Shown: piece by piece, positions 34,981 through 44,812 of the stretch | How positions within the stretch are numbered: position 1 is the stretch's first letter | Layout of the letters: each line of letters opens with the position of its first letter | Assembly: GCA_040397175.1 (NCBI GenBank) | Contig: JBBAWM010000005.1 | Coordinates: 1-56,569 of the forward strand | DNA: 56,569 bases | Reading direction: 5' to 3' | Source: Candidatus Limnocylindrus sp. | Lineage (GTDB): Bacteria; Chloroflexota; Limnocylindria; Limnocylindrales; Limnocylindraceae | Position numbers and translations under genes: made by a program | The notes under the pieces: generated by a model | Database searches by the model: none | Told to the model about the DNA's origin: nothing | What the model saw: only the letters and a program-made list of their open reading frames with translations

Positions 34981-35327
34981 CCCGGTGGCCACGCCAGCTG
35001 TCGCCCAGCGAGCAGGTGATAGTGCAGATGCTCGATCGCCTGGCCACCCTCATCACCAACGTTGCTGACCAGTCGCCAGCCGCGGTCGCCGTAACCGGCT
35101 TCGACGGCAATCTCTTGCGCCACGTGATGCATGCGCGCCAAGAGTGCCCCGTGTGCGGGGGTATCGCGCAGGTCGGCGGCGGAGCCAATGTGTTCGCGCG
35201 GCACGATCAAGACATGTAGTGGCGCCTGTGGCGCAATGTCGTTGAAGGCGATCACAAGATCGGAGCTGTGTCGCTGCGTGCTCGGAATCTCACCGGCGAT
35301 GATCTTGCAGAAGAGGCAGTCACTCAT
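34977..35327 (-). CDS. HIT family nucleotide-binding protein (HinT-like)
   Basis: DCLFCKII, DIAPQAPLHVLIVP, HLHYHLL, WPPG. Confidence 0.93.
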   Translation of the reverse strand: MSDCLFCKIIAGEIPSTQRHSSDLVIAFNDIAPQAPLHVLIVPREHIGSAADLRDTPAHGALLARMHHVAQEIAVEAGYGDRGWRLVSNVGDEGGQAIEHLHYHLLAGRQLAWPPG

Positions 35328-36295
35328 GGTGCAAGTGTAGCGTGGCCGTCGCGAAACTCGGCGGCGACCCACTCCCCCTCCTCCCAGCGTTCAACGAGCG
35401 TTGCGCCCGCCGCCTGCAACGCAGCGATTGCCTCGTCGGCGCGCGAGACAAACATGCCACTCGTCAGGAGTCGGCCACCTCGCGCCATCGCACCAACGAG
35501 TAGCGGCGCGAGTTCGATGTGGAGCGAGGCAACAAGGTTCGCCATGACCAGCGGTGATGGCGCACTGATGGGGAGTGAGCCCGCCTGAACCATGACGCGC
35601 TCCGCGACGCCGTTACGCGCCGCATTCTCGATGGCGGCGGCGACCGAAAGTGGATCAATGTCCACCCCCATCCCATGCGATGCGCCGAGCGCGATGGCGG
35701 CAAGGAGCAAGATGCCGCTCCCGGTGCCGACGTCAAGGATCCCGGGCCCGTCGTTGGGGAGCGCGGTGAGATGCCCGGCAGCGCTCCACCGTTCAAGGCC
35801 AATCAGCGCAAGTCGTGTTGTTGGGTGCAGTCCCGTGCCAAACGCCTGGCCTGGGTCGATCGTGACGACCGCGTCGCCAGGGGCGGCAATGTGCTCACGC
35901 CATGGGGGGCGCACGACGATGCGACCGACACGCAGGATCGGGAATTCGGCGCGCCAACTCGTTGCCCACTCTTCGGCGGGGATTGGTCGCACCAGCAGTG
36001 GCCCAATGCCGCGCAGTCCAACACCGCCACTCGAAAATGCGGCGAAGCGCTCGAGCTCGGCGACGAGTGCATCGGCGGCGGTGCGGTTGCTTGCGGAGTC
36101 GGGGAGCCAGGCGCGAATGCAGACCGGTGCAGTCGGATCGTAGATAGGCCCAAGCGCATCGCCGTCAATCGGTGGTGGCGAAGCGGGCTCGGCGCTGGTC
36201 CCCGAAGGGGCGAGGCGTCCGAGTCGTTCGCTAATTGCCTCGGCGGCTTCGGGGTCGCACGCAATGCTGAGTTCGAGCCAACCGTCGGTGCTCAG
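35324..36295 (-). CDS. prmA: Ribosomal protein L11 methyltransferase; probable CTG start at 36295
   Basis: IDPGQAFGTGLHPTT, LDVGTGSGIL. The frame stays open upstream of the track's start (35992) through STDGWLELSI..DPEAAEAI, a PrmA N-domain pattern, to a CTG overlapping the dnaJ TGA. Confidence 0.9.
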   Translation of the reverse strand: MSTDGWLELSIACDPEAAEAISERLGRLAPSGTSAEPASPPPIDGDALGPIYDPTAPVCIRAWLPDSASNRTAADALVAELERFAAFSSGGVGLRGIGPLLVRPIPAEEWATSWRAEFPILRVGRIVVRPPWREHIAAPGDAVVTIDPGQAFGTGLHPTTRLALIGLERWSAAGHLTALPNDGPGILDVGTGSGILLLAAIALGASHGMGVDIDPLSVAAAIENAARNGVAERVMVQAGSLPISAPSPLVMANLVASLHIELAPLLVGAMARGGRLLTSGMFVSRADEAIAALQAAGATLVERWEEGEWVAAEFRDGHATLAP

Positions 36296-37407
36296 CGGTG
36301 ATCCTCGCCACTCGCCTTGGCGTAGGCCTCGAGCGCCTTGCGCTGATCGCCGCTCAACTTCTTCGGCACCTCAATCGCAATGTGAATCAGCAGGTCGCCG
36401 CGCTGACTTGGGCGTCGAACGTTTGGTGCGCCGCGACCCTTGAGGCGCAGCACGTCGTTTGGCTGCGTTCCCGCCTTGATCTCGATCTCCTCTTCGCCCT
36501 CCGCGGTGGGCACAACCACGCGCGCCCCGAGGGCCGCCTGCGAAATGGAGAGCGGAATCTCGGTAGTGAGATCGATGCCGTCCCGCACGAGCTGCGGATG
36601 CTCCTTCACCTCAATAACGACGTAGAGATTTCCGGCGGGTCCACCGCGGCGACCAGGCTCGCCCTGGCCGCTCAGTCGAATCTGCGTGCCGTCATCAACC
36701 CCCGGCGGAATCTCTACATGCAGTCGCTTGGAACCGTTGAGTCGTCCCTCGCCGCGACAGGTTGGACACTGCTTCTCGATGATGCGACCCTCGCCACCGC
36801 ACTTGGCGCACGGCGCCTCGACCGCCATCTGGCCGAGCATCGTTTGTCGAACGGTGCGCACCGAGCCGCGCCCACCGCAGCCGTCGCACTCCTTCGTCCC
36901 TGAGCCCTTCGCGGCGCCGCTCCCCGAGCAGCCATCGCACGCAACCTTCATCTTGAGATCTAGGTCGCGCGTGCCGCCACGAATCGATTCGCCGAACTCC
37001 ACCCGAAGGTCGTAGCGCAGGTCATCACCTGGGGGCGGGCCACTGCGGCGCGCGCTTCGACCGCCGCCGCCAAAGAAGCCCTCGAAGAGGTCCTCAATGC
37101 CGCCACCACCGAATCCACCCTGGAAGCCGCCGGGGAATCCCCCAGGGAAGCCACCCGCGCCGCCGCCGCCTGGGCCACCCGCTCCGCCACCAACGCCCGC
37201 CTCACCAAACTGGTCGTATCGCGCGCGCTGCCCCGCGTCGGAGAGCACCTGATAGGCGTCGTTGATCTCCTTGAATTTGGCGGCGGCGTCGGGGGCCTTT
37301 GACACATCGGGGTGATGCTTCTGCGCCGCCTTACGGAACGCCTTCTTGATCTCGTCGGCGCTCGCACTCTTGGGGATGCCAAGGGTCGCGTAGAAATCAC
37401 GTGCCAT
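36292..37407 (-). CDS. dnaJ: Chaperone DnaJ
   Basis: J-domain HPD, G/F region, four CxxCxGxG repeats. Confidence 0.97.
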   Translation of the reverse strand: MARDFYATLGIPKSASADEIKKAFRKAAQKHHPDVSKAPDAAAKFKEINDAYQVLSDAGQRARYDQFGEAGVGGGAGGPGGGGAGGFPGGFPGGFQGGFGGGGIEDLFEGFFGGGGRSARRSGPPPGDDLRYDLRVEFGESIRGGTRDLDLKMKVACDGCSGSGAAKGSGTKECDGCGGRGSVRTVRQTMLGQMAVEAPCAKCGGEGRIIEKQCPTCRGEGRLNGSKRLHVEIPPGVDDGTQIRLSGQGEPGRRGGPAGNLYVVIEVKEHPQLVRDGIDLTTEIPLSISQAALGARVVVPTAEGEEEIEIKAGTQPNDVLRLKGRGAPNVRRPSQRGDLLIHIAIEVPKKLSGDQRKALEAYAKASGEDHR

Positions 37408-37414
37408 CGCGCGC

Positions 37415-38188
37415 CTACTTCAGCAAGAGCACGCCGAGTCGGCGCACCGCATGGCGATAGCCGATCAGGCTAATCGTGGAGAGATAGGCGATATCGACGA
37501 GCATGAACACGTTGAGATCGCCGAAGCAGAGTGAGCGCACCAGGTGCGTGCCGCGCGTGAGCGGTGAGAGCTCGACAATCCAGCGCAGGACTCCTGGGTA
37601 AATCTCGACCGGATAGAACGTTGCGGAGAAGAGGAAGAGCGGCGTCAGAACGATGAAGAGAAAGTCAAAATCCTTCCAGCTCCGCATGTGCGTGGTGATG
37701 GCGAAGCCGGCGGCACCGAACGAGAAGCCGATAAAGATCACCGCAACCGGTGCAAGGAGTGCGAGTGGCGAGTGCACCAAGCCAAAGGCGAGCATCACCA
37801 CCAGGAAGGCGGTGGCGTAGATCACGCCGCGAAGATTCGACCAGAGCAGTTCGCCGACGGCAAGGTCGCCAACACCAACAGGCGTGGAGAGGATCGCGTC
37901 GTACACCTTGCCGTACTTCAGCTTGTAGAAGATGTTGAACGTTGAATCAAAGATCGCGCCGTTCATGGCCGCACTCGCCAGCAGCGCTGGGGCGACGAAG
38001 GCTGCGTACGGAACATCTGCCCCCGCGTACGGAATGGTGCCGATCACACCACCAACGCCGTAGCCGATGCCGAGCAAGAAGAAGAGTGGCTCAAAGAATC
38101 CAGTGACAAGGATGAGCCACTGACGTCGATACACAAAAAGATTGCGCTCGAAGACGCTAAAGGCGCGTGGGGCAATGCTGGCGATCAC
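37415..38188 (-). CDS. ABC-2 type permease (NodJ-like)
   Basis: FFEPLFF, FVAPALLA, TPLFLFSATFYP; GTG at 38188 overlaps the upstream stop. Confidence 0.85.
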   Translation of the reverse strand: MIASIAPRAFSVFERNLFVYRRQWLILVTGFFEPLFFLLGIGYGVGGVIGTIPYAGADVPYAAFVAPALLASAAMNGAIFDSTFNIFYKLKYGKVYDAILSTPVGVGDLAVGELLWSNLRGVIYATAFLVVMLAFGLVHSPLALLAPVAVIFIGFSFGAAGFAITTHMRSWKDFDFLFIVLTPLFLFSATFYPVEIYPGVLRWIVELSPLTRGTHLVRSLCFGDLNVFMLVDIAYLSTISLIGYRHAVRRLGVLLLK

Positions 38189-39030
38189 TTCAGCATCCTC
38201 TTCCGGAAGAGGTAGATCGCGGCAATGGTGCCACCGATCCCCCAAAGAAGGAGCGCGCCGACATGGAGCCAGCCGAAGGTGAGCGGGGTACCGAGGGCAA
38301 AGGTGCGGCTCAGCGCCACCCCGTGCGCAAGGGGGGTGCACCAGGAGAGCACTTGTGCGGGAAACGGCAGGTTCTCGATGGGGAAATAGGTGCCCGAGAA
38401 GAAGGCGAGCGGGGTAATGATCAGCCGGAAGATGAAGGCGAACCCTTGGTCGGATTTCTGGGTGACCGAGAAGGCGACCATCGGGGCACCGAAGGCCAAG
38501 GCGGTTAAGAGTGAAACGCCCACCATGCCAATTGCCCCTGTTGGGCTCGTTGCAATACCCGTAAGGAGCAGCACGCTGGCGAAGAACGCGGCAGCGAAGG
38601 TGACCTTCCCCACCATGAAGGCAATGGCGCCAACCATCACGTCGGCGGCGTTGAGCGGCGTGGCGACGATCGCGTGGTAGATGCGCACCCAGGCTACGCG
38701 AGCGAGGATTGGCCAGGCGGACTCACTTGCCGCGAGTTCCATCGCTGAGCTAACCATCAGCGCCGGTGCGATGTAGGCGACGTAGCTCACCCCGCTGGTG
38801 ATGGCGGCAGCCTTGTCGCCAACCAGCACGCCGAGACCGATCCCGAGGCCCGCAAGCACGACGAGTGGCTGAATGAAGGCGCTAAAGACGGAGCCCTGCC
38901 ACTCCCGACGGTAGACGGCGAGCATGTAGCCAACGATGTGGCGCCAGCGCGTTGGGTGCGGTGCAGCTTCGCGAATCGCGGCGAGGCGGCTGCGTGAACG
39001 CAGCGGCGTCGCGCTCTGCACGGCGCTCAC
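38185..39030 (-). CDS. ABC-2 type permease (NodJ-like)
   Basis: YIAPALM, TPLAFFSGTYFP, TPLAHGVALSR; GTG at 39030. Confidence 0.85.
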   Translation of the reverse strand: MSAVQSATPLRSRSRLAAIREAAPHPTRWRHIVGYMLAVYRREWQGSVFSAFIQPLVVLAGLGIGLGVLVGDKAAAITSGVSYVAYIAPALMVSSAMELAASESAWPILARVAWVRIYHAIVATPLNAADVMVGAIAFMVGKVTFAAAFFASVLLLTGIATSPTGAIGMVGVSLLTALAFGAPMVAFSVTQKSDQGFAFIFRLIITPLAFFSGTYFPIENLPFPAQVLSWCTPLAHGVALSRTFALGTPLTFGWLHVGALLLWGIGGTIAAIYLFRKRMLK

Positions 39031-39977
39031 TCGTCGAGGGTCCGGCCCGTAAGGCGAAGGAAGACGTCCTCCAGGCTTGAGCGTCGCACGAGCCAACTCT
39101 CTGGATCCAAGCCGTGCTCCAACGCGCGGGCATGTGCCGCTTCGCCGTTTTCACAACCAACGATGACGCGCTCCGCGAGTCGCTCGTAGCGATCGCCAAT
39201 GCCCTCGAGCACCTTCGTATCTATGGATTCGGTGCCGTTCGGGAAGCCCAGCTCGAGCACTTCGCGCGACGCATGTTCCACGATGAGTTGTCGCGGTGAA
39301 CCTTCGGCAACAATCTTTGCCTGGTCCATCACTACGAGTCGATCGCACAGCTGTTCAGCCTCGTCCATATAGTGGGTGGTCAACACGATCGTGGTGCCGC
39401 CGCGCTTCAGTCGCTGCAGCGCATCCCAGAGCAGGTGTCGCGCCTGTGGGTCGAGCCCGGTCGTTGGCTCGTCGAGCATGAGAATGCGCGGGCTGGCGAT
39501 GAGTGATCGCGCAATCGAGAGGCGGCGCTTCATGCCGCCAGAGAGAGGCTCCACTTGATCTTTGGCTCGATCGCTGAGTTGGAAGAGTTCCAGGAGTTCG
39601 TCGGCGCGGGTTGCAATGCTGGCGCGATCCATGCCGAAGAAGCGACCGAACACGAGCAGGTTCTCGCGAACAGTCAGCTCCATGTCGAGCGTCTCCTGTT
39701 GATGCACGACGCCGATCTGGCCGCGAATCTCGGAGCCGTGGAGGTCTGGGTCCTGACCGAAGATCTCCAGGGTGCCCGAGGTGCGCGGTGAGACGCCCGC
39801 GATCATGCGCATCGTCGTCGTCTTCCCCGCGCCGTTTGGCCCAAGGAAGCCGAAGAACTCACCATCGCGGACATCGAAGTCGATGCCAGCAACGGCCGAC
39901 CGCGCCCCGAAGACCTTCGTCAGGCCTCGGGCGCGGATCAGCCCGGTAGGTTCAGGTGCGGAGTTGGTCATACCCAT
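39027..39977 (-). CDS. ABC exporter ATP-binding protein (NodI/DrrA-like)
   Basis: GPNGAGKT, LSGGMKRRL, LDEPTTGLDPQARH, TTHYMDEAEQLCDR, LEDVFLRLTGR. Confidence 0.9.
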   Translation of the reverse strand: MGMTNSAPEPTGLIRARGLTKVFGARSAVAGIDFDVRDGEFFGFLGPNGAGKTTTMRMIAGVSPRTSGTLEIFGQDPDLHGSEIRGQIGVVHQQETLDMELTVRENLLVFGRFFGMDRASIATRADELLELFQLSDRAKDQVEPLSGGMKRRLSIARSLIASPRILMLDEPTTGLDPQARHLLWDALQRLKRGGTTIVLTTHYMDEAEQLCDRLVVMDQAKIVAEGSPRQLIVEHASREVLELGFPNGTESIDTKVLEGIGDRYERLAERVIVGCENGEAAHARALEHGLDPESWLVRRSSLEDVFLRLTGRTLDE

Positions 39978-39980
39978 AGG

Positions 39981-41876
39981 TTAGACCTCCTTCGCTTCGC
40001 CTTCGATCGTCTCCTCGCTCGCCGGGGTTGGCTCACCGCTCTCGGCGCCGTCAGCACCCTCGGCCTGACCCTGCTGGTAAGCGGCGGTGCCGATCTCTGA
40101 CATGAGTCGCGCGAGCGCCTCGCCCTTCTCCTTCAGGAGCGTCTGGTCCTCGCCCTTGAGGGCCTCGCGGACCTCGCCGATGAGTCCTTCCGCTTCGGCC
40201 TTCTTCGCCGCATCAACCTTGTCGCCAAGATCGGTGAGCGTCTTCTCTGCCTGGAAGGCGAGCGCTTCGGTCTGATTGCGGAAGTCGACCGCCTCGCGGC
40301 GTGCCTTGTCTTCTGCCTCATGATCCTTCGCCTCTCGCACCATGCGATCAACGTCGTCCTTGCCGAGCATTGAGCTGCCGGTGATGCGCACCTGCTGCTC
40401 CTTGCCCGTCGCGCGATCCTTTGCCTTCACGTCGAGGATGCCGTTCGCGTCAATGTCGAACGTCACCTCAACCTGTGGCACGCCGCGCGGAGCGGCGGGG
40501 ATCCCGGAGAGGATGAACTTACCGAGCGTCTTGTTATCGGCAGCAAACTCGCGCTCACCCTGCAGCACGTGGATCTCCACCTGCGGCTGGTTGTCGGAGG
40601 CCGTCGAGAATGTCTGGCTCTTTGAGGTTGGGATCGTCGTGTTGCGCTCGATGAGCTTCGTCATCACGCCACCCAACGTCTCAATGCCGAGCGAGAGCGG
40701 GGTCACGTCGAGCAGCAGCACATCCTTGACGTCGCCCGCGAGGACGCCGCCCTGGATCGCTGCGCCGATCGCCACCACCTCGTCAGGGTTCACACCCTTT
40801 GATGGCTCCTTGCCACCGAAGAGCGCCTTGACCGCCTCCACAACGGCGGGCATGCGCGTCATGCCGCCAACGAGAACGACCTCGTCGATCTCCGACGCCT
40901 TGAGGCCTGAGTCCTTCAGTGCGGCGAGCACTGGAGCCTTCGTCTTCTCAATCAGGTCGGCGACCAGTGACTCGAGCTTCGCTCGGGTCAGGGTCACCAC
41001 CACGTGCTTCGGACCGGTCGCGTCGGCCGTGATGTACGGCAGGTTGATCTCGGTCTGGCCGGTGCCGGAGAGCTCAATCTTGGCCTTCTCCGCCGCCTCC
41101 TTGAGGCGCTGAAGGGCCTGCTGATCCTTTGAGAGGTCGATCCCCTGGTCCTTCTTGAACTCGGCCAGGAGCCAGTCGATGATCCGCTGGTCGAAGTCGT
41201 CGCCGCCGAGGTGGGTGTCGCCGTTCGACGACTTCACCTCGAAGACGCCGTCGCCAAGCTCAAGGATCGAGATGTCGAACGTTCCACCACCAAGGTCGTA
41301 GACGGCGATCTTCTCTTCCTTCTTCTTGTCGAGACCGTAGGCGAGCGCCGCCGCGGTTGGCTCATTGATGATGCGCTTTACGTCGAGGCCCGCAATTCGG
41401 CCGGCATCTTTCGTTGCCTGTCGCTGCGTGTCATCGAAGTAGGCTGGCACGGTAATCACGGCCTCGGTGATCTTCTCGCCGAGGAACGCCTCTGCATCGG
41501 CCTTGAGCTTCTGCAAAATCATTGCCGAAACTTCTTGCGGCGAATAGGATCCGCCGTCGACCTTGACCTTCACGCCGTCGCTGCCGGCATCCTTCTCTAC
41601 AACGTACGGAACAAGGCCCTTCGTCTTCAACGACTCAGCATCGTCGAAACGTCGACCCATGAAACGCTTGATGCTAAAGACGGTGTTCGTTGGGTTCGTG
41701 ACCGCCTGACGCTTCGCCAGCTGGCCAACGAGTCGCTCGCCGCCCTTACCAAAACTAACAACCGAAGGAACGGTTCGTCCGCCTTCAGCGGAGCTGATGA
41801 CCGTTGGCTCACCACCAACCATGGCGGCAACAACGCTGTTCGTGGTTCCTAGATCGATCCCGATAATCTTTCCCAT
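39981..41876 (-). CDS. dnaK: Chaperone DnaK
   Basis: [31 protein letters not shown]. Confidence 0.98.
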   Translation of the reverse strand: MGKIIGIDLGTTNSVVAAMVGGEPTVISSAEGGRTVPSVVSFGKGGERLVGQLAKRQAVTNPTNTVFSIKRFMGRRFDDAESLKTKGLVPYVVEKDAGSDGVKVKVDGGSYSPQEVSAMILQKLKADAEAFLGEKITEAVITVPAYFDDTQRQATKDAGRIAGLDVKRIINEPTAAALAYGLDKKKEEKIAVYDLGGGTFDISILELGDGVFEVKSSNGDTHLGGDDFDQRIIDWLLAEFKKDQGIDLSKDQQALQRLKEAAEKAKIELSGTGQTEINLPYITADATGPKHVVVTLTRAKLESLVADLIEKTKAPVLAALKDSGLKASEIDEVVLVGGMTRMPAVVEAVKALFGGKEPSKGVNPDEVVAIGAAIQGGVLAGDVKDVLLLDVTPLSLGIETLGGVMTKLIERNTTIPTSKSQTFSTASDNQPQVEIHVLQGEREFAADNKTLGKFILSGIPAAPRGVPQVEVTFDIDANGILDVKAKDRATGKEQQVRITGSSMLGKDDVDRMVREAKDHEAEDKARREAVDFRNQTEALAFQAEKTLTDLGDKVDAAKKAEAEGLIGEVREALKGEDQTLLKEKGEALARLMSEIGTAAYQQGQAEGADGAESGEPTPASEETIEGEAKEV

Positions 41877-41937
41877 TTGGTTCTCCTTTACTTACTTGCT
41901 TCCAAATTCTTCCAAGTCATGTGGAGCGATCGCTCCG

Positions 41938-42441
41938 CTAATCGTTCGCCACGCTCACCACCGCAGGTCGCAGAATTCGGTCACGAATTCGCCACCCCTT
42001 TCGATGCTCGGCAATCACTTCGCCGGCCGGCTTGCCGCTGTCGGGAACCTGGGCGATCGCCTCGTGTTCCCGCGGATCAAACTCCTTGCCAATCGATTCA
42101 AATGGGGTCACCCCTTCGCTCTCCAAAAGCGCCAGGAGCTTGCGATGAATGGCCGCGACGCCTTCGACCCACGGCTCCGACGTTAGGTTTGCCGGCACTG
42201 CTGCGAGGGCGCGGTCCATGTCGTCGGCAACCGCCAAGGCCTTGATCAGGAGTGACTCGCTCGCCAGTCCGGCCTCGCGCTCGCGCTCCTCGGCGGTGCG
42301 GCGGCGGAAGTTGGCAAAGTCAGCGGCGGTGCGCTGGTGGGCGGCGATCTGCTCGTCGCGCTCCAGAAGGGCGGCGGCGAGCGGATCGAGCTCAGGCGCC
42401 TCCTGCTCGGTCGTTTCTGACTCGGTCGTTGGTTGGGTCAT
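41938..42441 (-). CDS. grpE: Nucleotide exchange factor GrpE
   Basis: ADFANFRRR, FDPREHEAI, KGW..RDRILRPAVVSV. Confidence 0.96.
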   Translation of the reverse strand: MTQPTTESETTEQEAPELDPLAAALLERDEQIAAHQRTAADFANFRRRTAEEREREAGLASESLLIKALAVADDMDRALAAVPANLTSEPWVEGVAAIHRKLLALLESEGVTPFESIGKEFDPREHEAIAQVPDSGKPAGEVIAEHRKGWRIRDRILRPAVVSVAND

Positions 42442-42496
42442 GCGTTCCCCCTTTTGTGCTCAGGAGCCCCCATTTTAGGGAGGCTTCGTGCGTAAG

Positions 42497-42523
42497 TTAG
42501 CACTCAAAGGTTAAGAGTGCTAA
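42497..42523. promoter_or_regulatory. CIRCE element (HrcA operator), canonical
   Basis: TTAGCACTC-N9-GAGTGCTAA exact consensus upstream of grpE. Confidence 0.97.
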
Positions 42524-42567
42524 CTCGCTGAGGGGAGAATACGCCGCGGGGCGGCGGGAGTCAAGCG

Positions 42568-43632
42568 CTACGCGCGGTGAAAGCGGGTGACGAGCTCAGA
42601 GAGGAGGTTGGCGACGAACTGAACGGAGCCGACCGCCCGCGGGTACGGCATGCGCGTTGGTCCAAGGACCCCTACGACGCCAAGCGCCTGACCGGGGACC
42701 CCATACGGAGCGAGGATCAGGGAGACGCCGTGCATCTCAACCGGCACGTTCTCGCTCCCAATCACCAGGCGCACCTGCCCGCCCCGCACCACCTCGTGCA
42801 CCAGGTTTCCTAGGTAGCCGCGCCCCTCAAGGGCGGTGAAGACGTTGCGCACGCGCGAGCTCTCGGCAAACTCGGGAGCCTCCATCACATTCAACAGGCC
42901 ATCGCTATAGACGTGCTCGACCGCCGCATCGTCGATCTCGGCGAGGAGGCGGCTCGTGCGCTCCAACACGGTCCGCACGATCGCTCGGTTCGGGAGCGAC
43001 TCGGGAAGGCTCGTGGCGGCGGCGGCAAGTTGTGCCGAGCTCTTCTCCAGCACCGTCGCGTTGAGCCTGCTCGCCACGGCGGAGAGGGCCTCCTGGTCGG
43101 CCCCCTCTGGGAGTGGCAGCAGGGTGGGCCGCACGCTCCCATCGCTCACCACCGCAATCAGGGTCGCGAGGCGATCGGCGGTGCGCACCAGGTCGATGTG
43201 ACGGAGCTGTGCTGAGGTTGGGCGCATCGGCGTGGCGATCCCCGCCGCGCGTGAGGAGCTCGCGAGGGTGGTGGCGGCGATCCGGAACCACTGGTCGGCG
43301 CCCCCTTCGGCCTGGCCGAACTGGTGCCGAATCATGAGCTGATCGACCGGGGTGACCTCGTCGGGGGTGGCGATCTCCACGGCGTAGGTGCGGTAGCCAA
43401 GGTCGGTAGGGATGCGGCCCGCCGAGGTGTGCGGCTGCATCAGGAGGCCGAGCTCCTCGAGTTCCACGAGGACTCCGCGCACGGTGGCGGGCGAGACGCC
43501 AAGGTCGTACCCGTCTGAGAGGGCCATGGAGCCCACAGGGATCGCCGTGCGGATGTGCTCCTCGACCAGGGCGGCGAGAATGACGCGGGCGCGATCGTCC
43601 AGGAGTCCGGTGCGTCGCTGTCGTCGAACCAT
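42568..43632 (-). CDS. hrcA: Heat-inducible transcription repressor HrcA
   Basis: PVGS, SPATVR, QPHTSAGRIPTDLGYR, GVLGPTRMPY; ATG at 43632 with SD GAGGTG. Confidence 0.96.
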   Translation of the reverse strand: MVRRQRRTGLLDDRARVILAALVEEHIRTAIPVGSMALSDGYDLGVSPATVRGVLVELEELGLLMQPHTSAGRIPTDLGYRTYAVEIATPDEVTPVDQLMIRHQFGQAEGGADQWFRIAATTLASSSRAAGIATPMRPTSAQLRHIDLVRTADRLATLIAVVSDGSVRPTLLPLPEGADQEALSAVASRLNATVLEKSSAQLAAAATSLPESLPNRAIVRTVLERTSRLLAEIDDAAVEHVYSDGLLNVMEAPEFAESSRVRNVFTALEGRGYLGNLVHEVVRGGQVRLVIGSENVPVEMHGVSLILAPYGVPGQALGVVGVLGPTRMPYPRAVGSVQFVANLLSELVTRFHRA

Positions 43633-43646
43633 GCCCACCTCGTTTC

Positions 43647-43674
43647 TTGGCACTCGGCAGTTGTCGAGTGCCAA
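43647..43674. promoter_or_regulatory. CIRCE-like element with a 10-nt spacer upstream of hrcA
   Basis: TTGGCACTC-GGCAGTTGTC-GAGTGCCAA. Confidence 0.75.
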
Positions 43675-43723
43675 CTCAGTCTAGGGTGGGAGCGTGTTTG
43701 GGTCAAAGGTCTAGTATTTGGAT

Positions 43724-44812
43724 ATGTCCAGCTCCCTCGCCATCCAGACTCGAGCGCTGACGAAGCATTACGGCCGCGCCGGCGAGATCAAGGCGCTTAC
43801 CGCCATCGATCTGGAGATCAAAGAGGGGGAGCTCTTCGGCTTCCTCGGCCCAAACGGCGCGGGGAAGAGCACCACCATTCGAACGCTCCTGGGCTTCCTG
43901 CACCCAACCGCCGGTTCTGCCTCGGTGCTCGGCCTCGACGTCGTGAAGGACTCGGTCGAGATCCGTCGCCGCGTCGGCTACCTGCCATCCGGTTTCGCCG
44001 TCTATGACTACATGAGCGGCCGCGAGTACCTCGACCACATGCGCGCACTAAGCGGGCGACCCTCGCTGCTGCGCCATCGCGTCATGGAGGCGCTCGAACT
44101 CTCTGACGCAATCTTGAAGCGTCCTGTTCGCGACTACAGCCGCGGCATGCGCCAGAAGATTGGTGTGGTGCAGGCACTTGAGACCGATCCAGAGCTCCTC
44201 ATTCTTGATGAGCCTTCTGAGGGTCTCGACCCGCTGATGCAGCGGTCTCTACAGGAGCTACTCCTCGAGCGCGTCGCGGCTGGACGTACCGTCTTCTTCA
44301 GCAGCCATCTGATCAGCGAAGTGGAGCGCATCTGCAATCGTGTCGCCATCGTTCGCGGCGGCAAGCTGGTCGCCCTCGAGACCGTTGAGACACTCGTGCG
44401 CTTCCAGCGTCGCAGGGTTGACGCCCTTGTCGCGCGCAAGCCAACGCGCCTCACCGCACTGGCCGGAGTCTTCAGCGTGGAGGTTACCCCCGAGGGGAAG
44501 AGTGGCTATCGCATTAGCTGCGAGGCAGAATCAGCCGCCGTGCCGAAGCTCATCGCACGACTGCAGACATCCGGACTTCGTGACCTGTTGATCGAGGCAG
44601 CCAGCCTTGAAGAGGCCTTCATGTCGTATTACGGCGATGCGCGACACAGCTCTAGCGTGGTGCAGGTCTTCCCAGAGGTGGCCGAGGTGAAGAAGGCAAC
44701 GGCAAAGCCAGCCGCAAAGCGACCCGCGGCGAAGCGGCCCGCGGCGAAGCGTGCCCCTGCCAAGAAATCTTCCGCCAAGAGAAGTCCAGCGAAGAAGAGG
44801 GGCTCCCGATGA
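43724..44812 (+). CDS. ABC exporter ATP-binding protein with a basic C-terminal tail
   Basis: GPNGAGKST, YSRGMRQK, LDEPSEGLDP, SSHL; tail of PAAKR repeats. Confidence 0.92.
   Translation: MSSSLAIQTRALTKHYGRAGEIKALTAIDLEIKEGELFGFLGPNGAGKSTTIRTLLGFLHPTAGSASVLGLDVVKDSVEIRRRVGYLPSGFAVYDYMSGREYLDHMRALSGRPSLLRHRVMEALELSDAILKRPVRDYSRGMRQKIGVVQALETDPELLILDEPSEGLDPLMQRSLQELLLERVAAGRTVFFSSHLISEVERICNRVAIVRGGKLVALETVETLVRFQRRRVDALVARKPTRLTALAGVFSVEVTPEGKSGYRISCEAESAAVPKLIARLQTSGLRDLLIEAASLEEAFMSYYGDARHSSSVVQVFPEVAEVKKATAKPAAKRPAAKRPAAKRAPAKKSSAKRSPAKKRGSR

Noticed and set aside
35324-36295. prmA as a truncated pseudogene
   Set aside because: The frame is open and PrmA-like up to the dnaJ stop; a CTG start explains it better.
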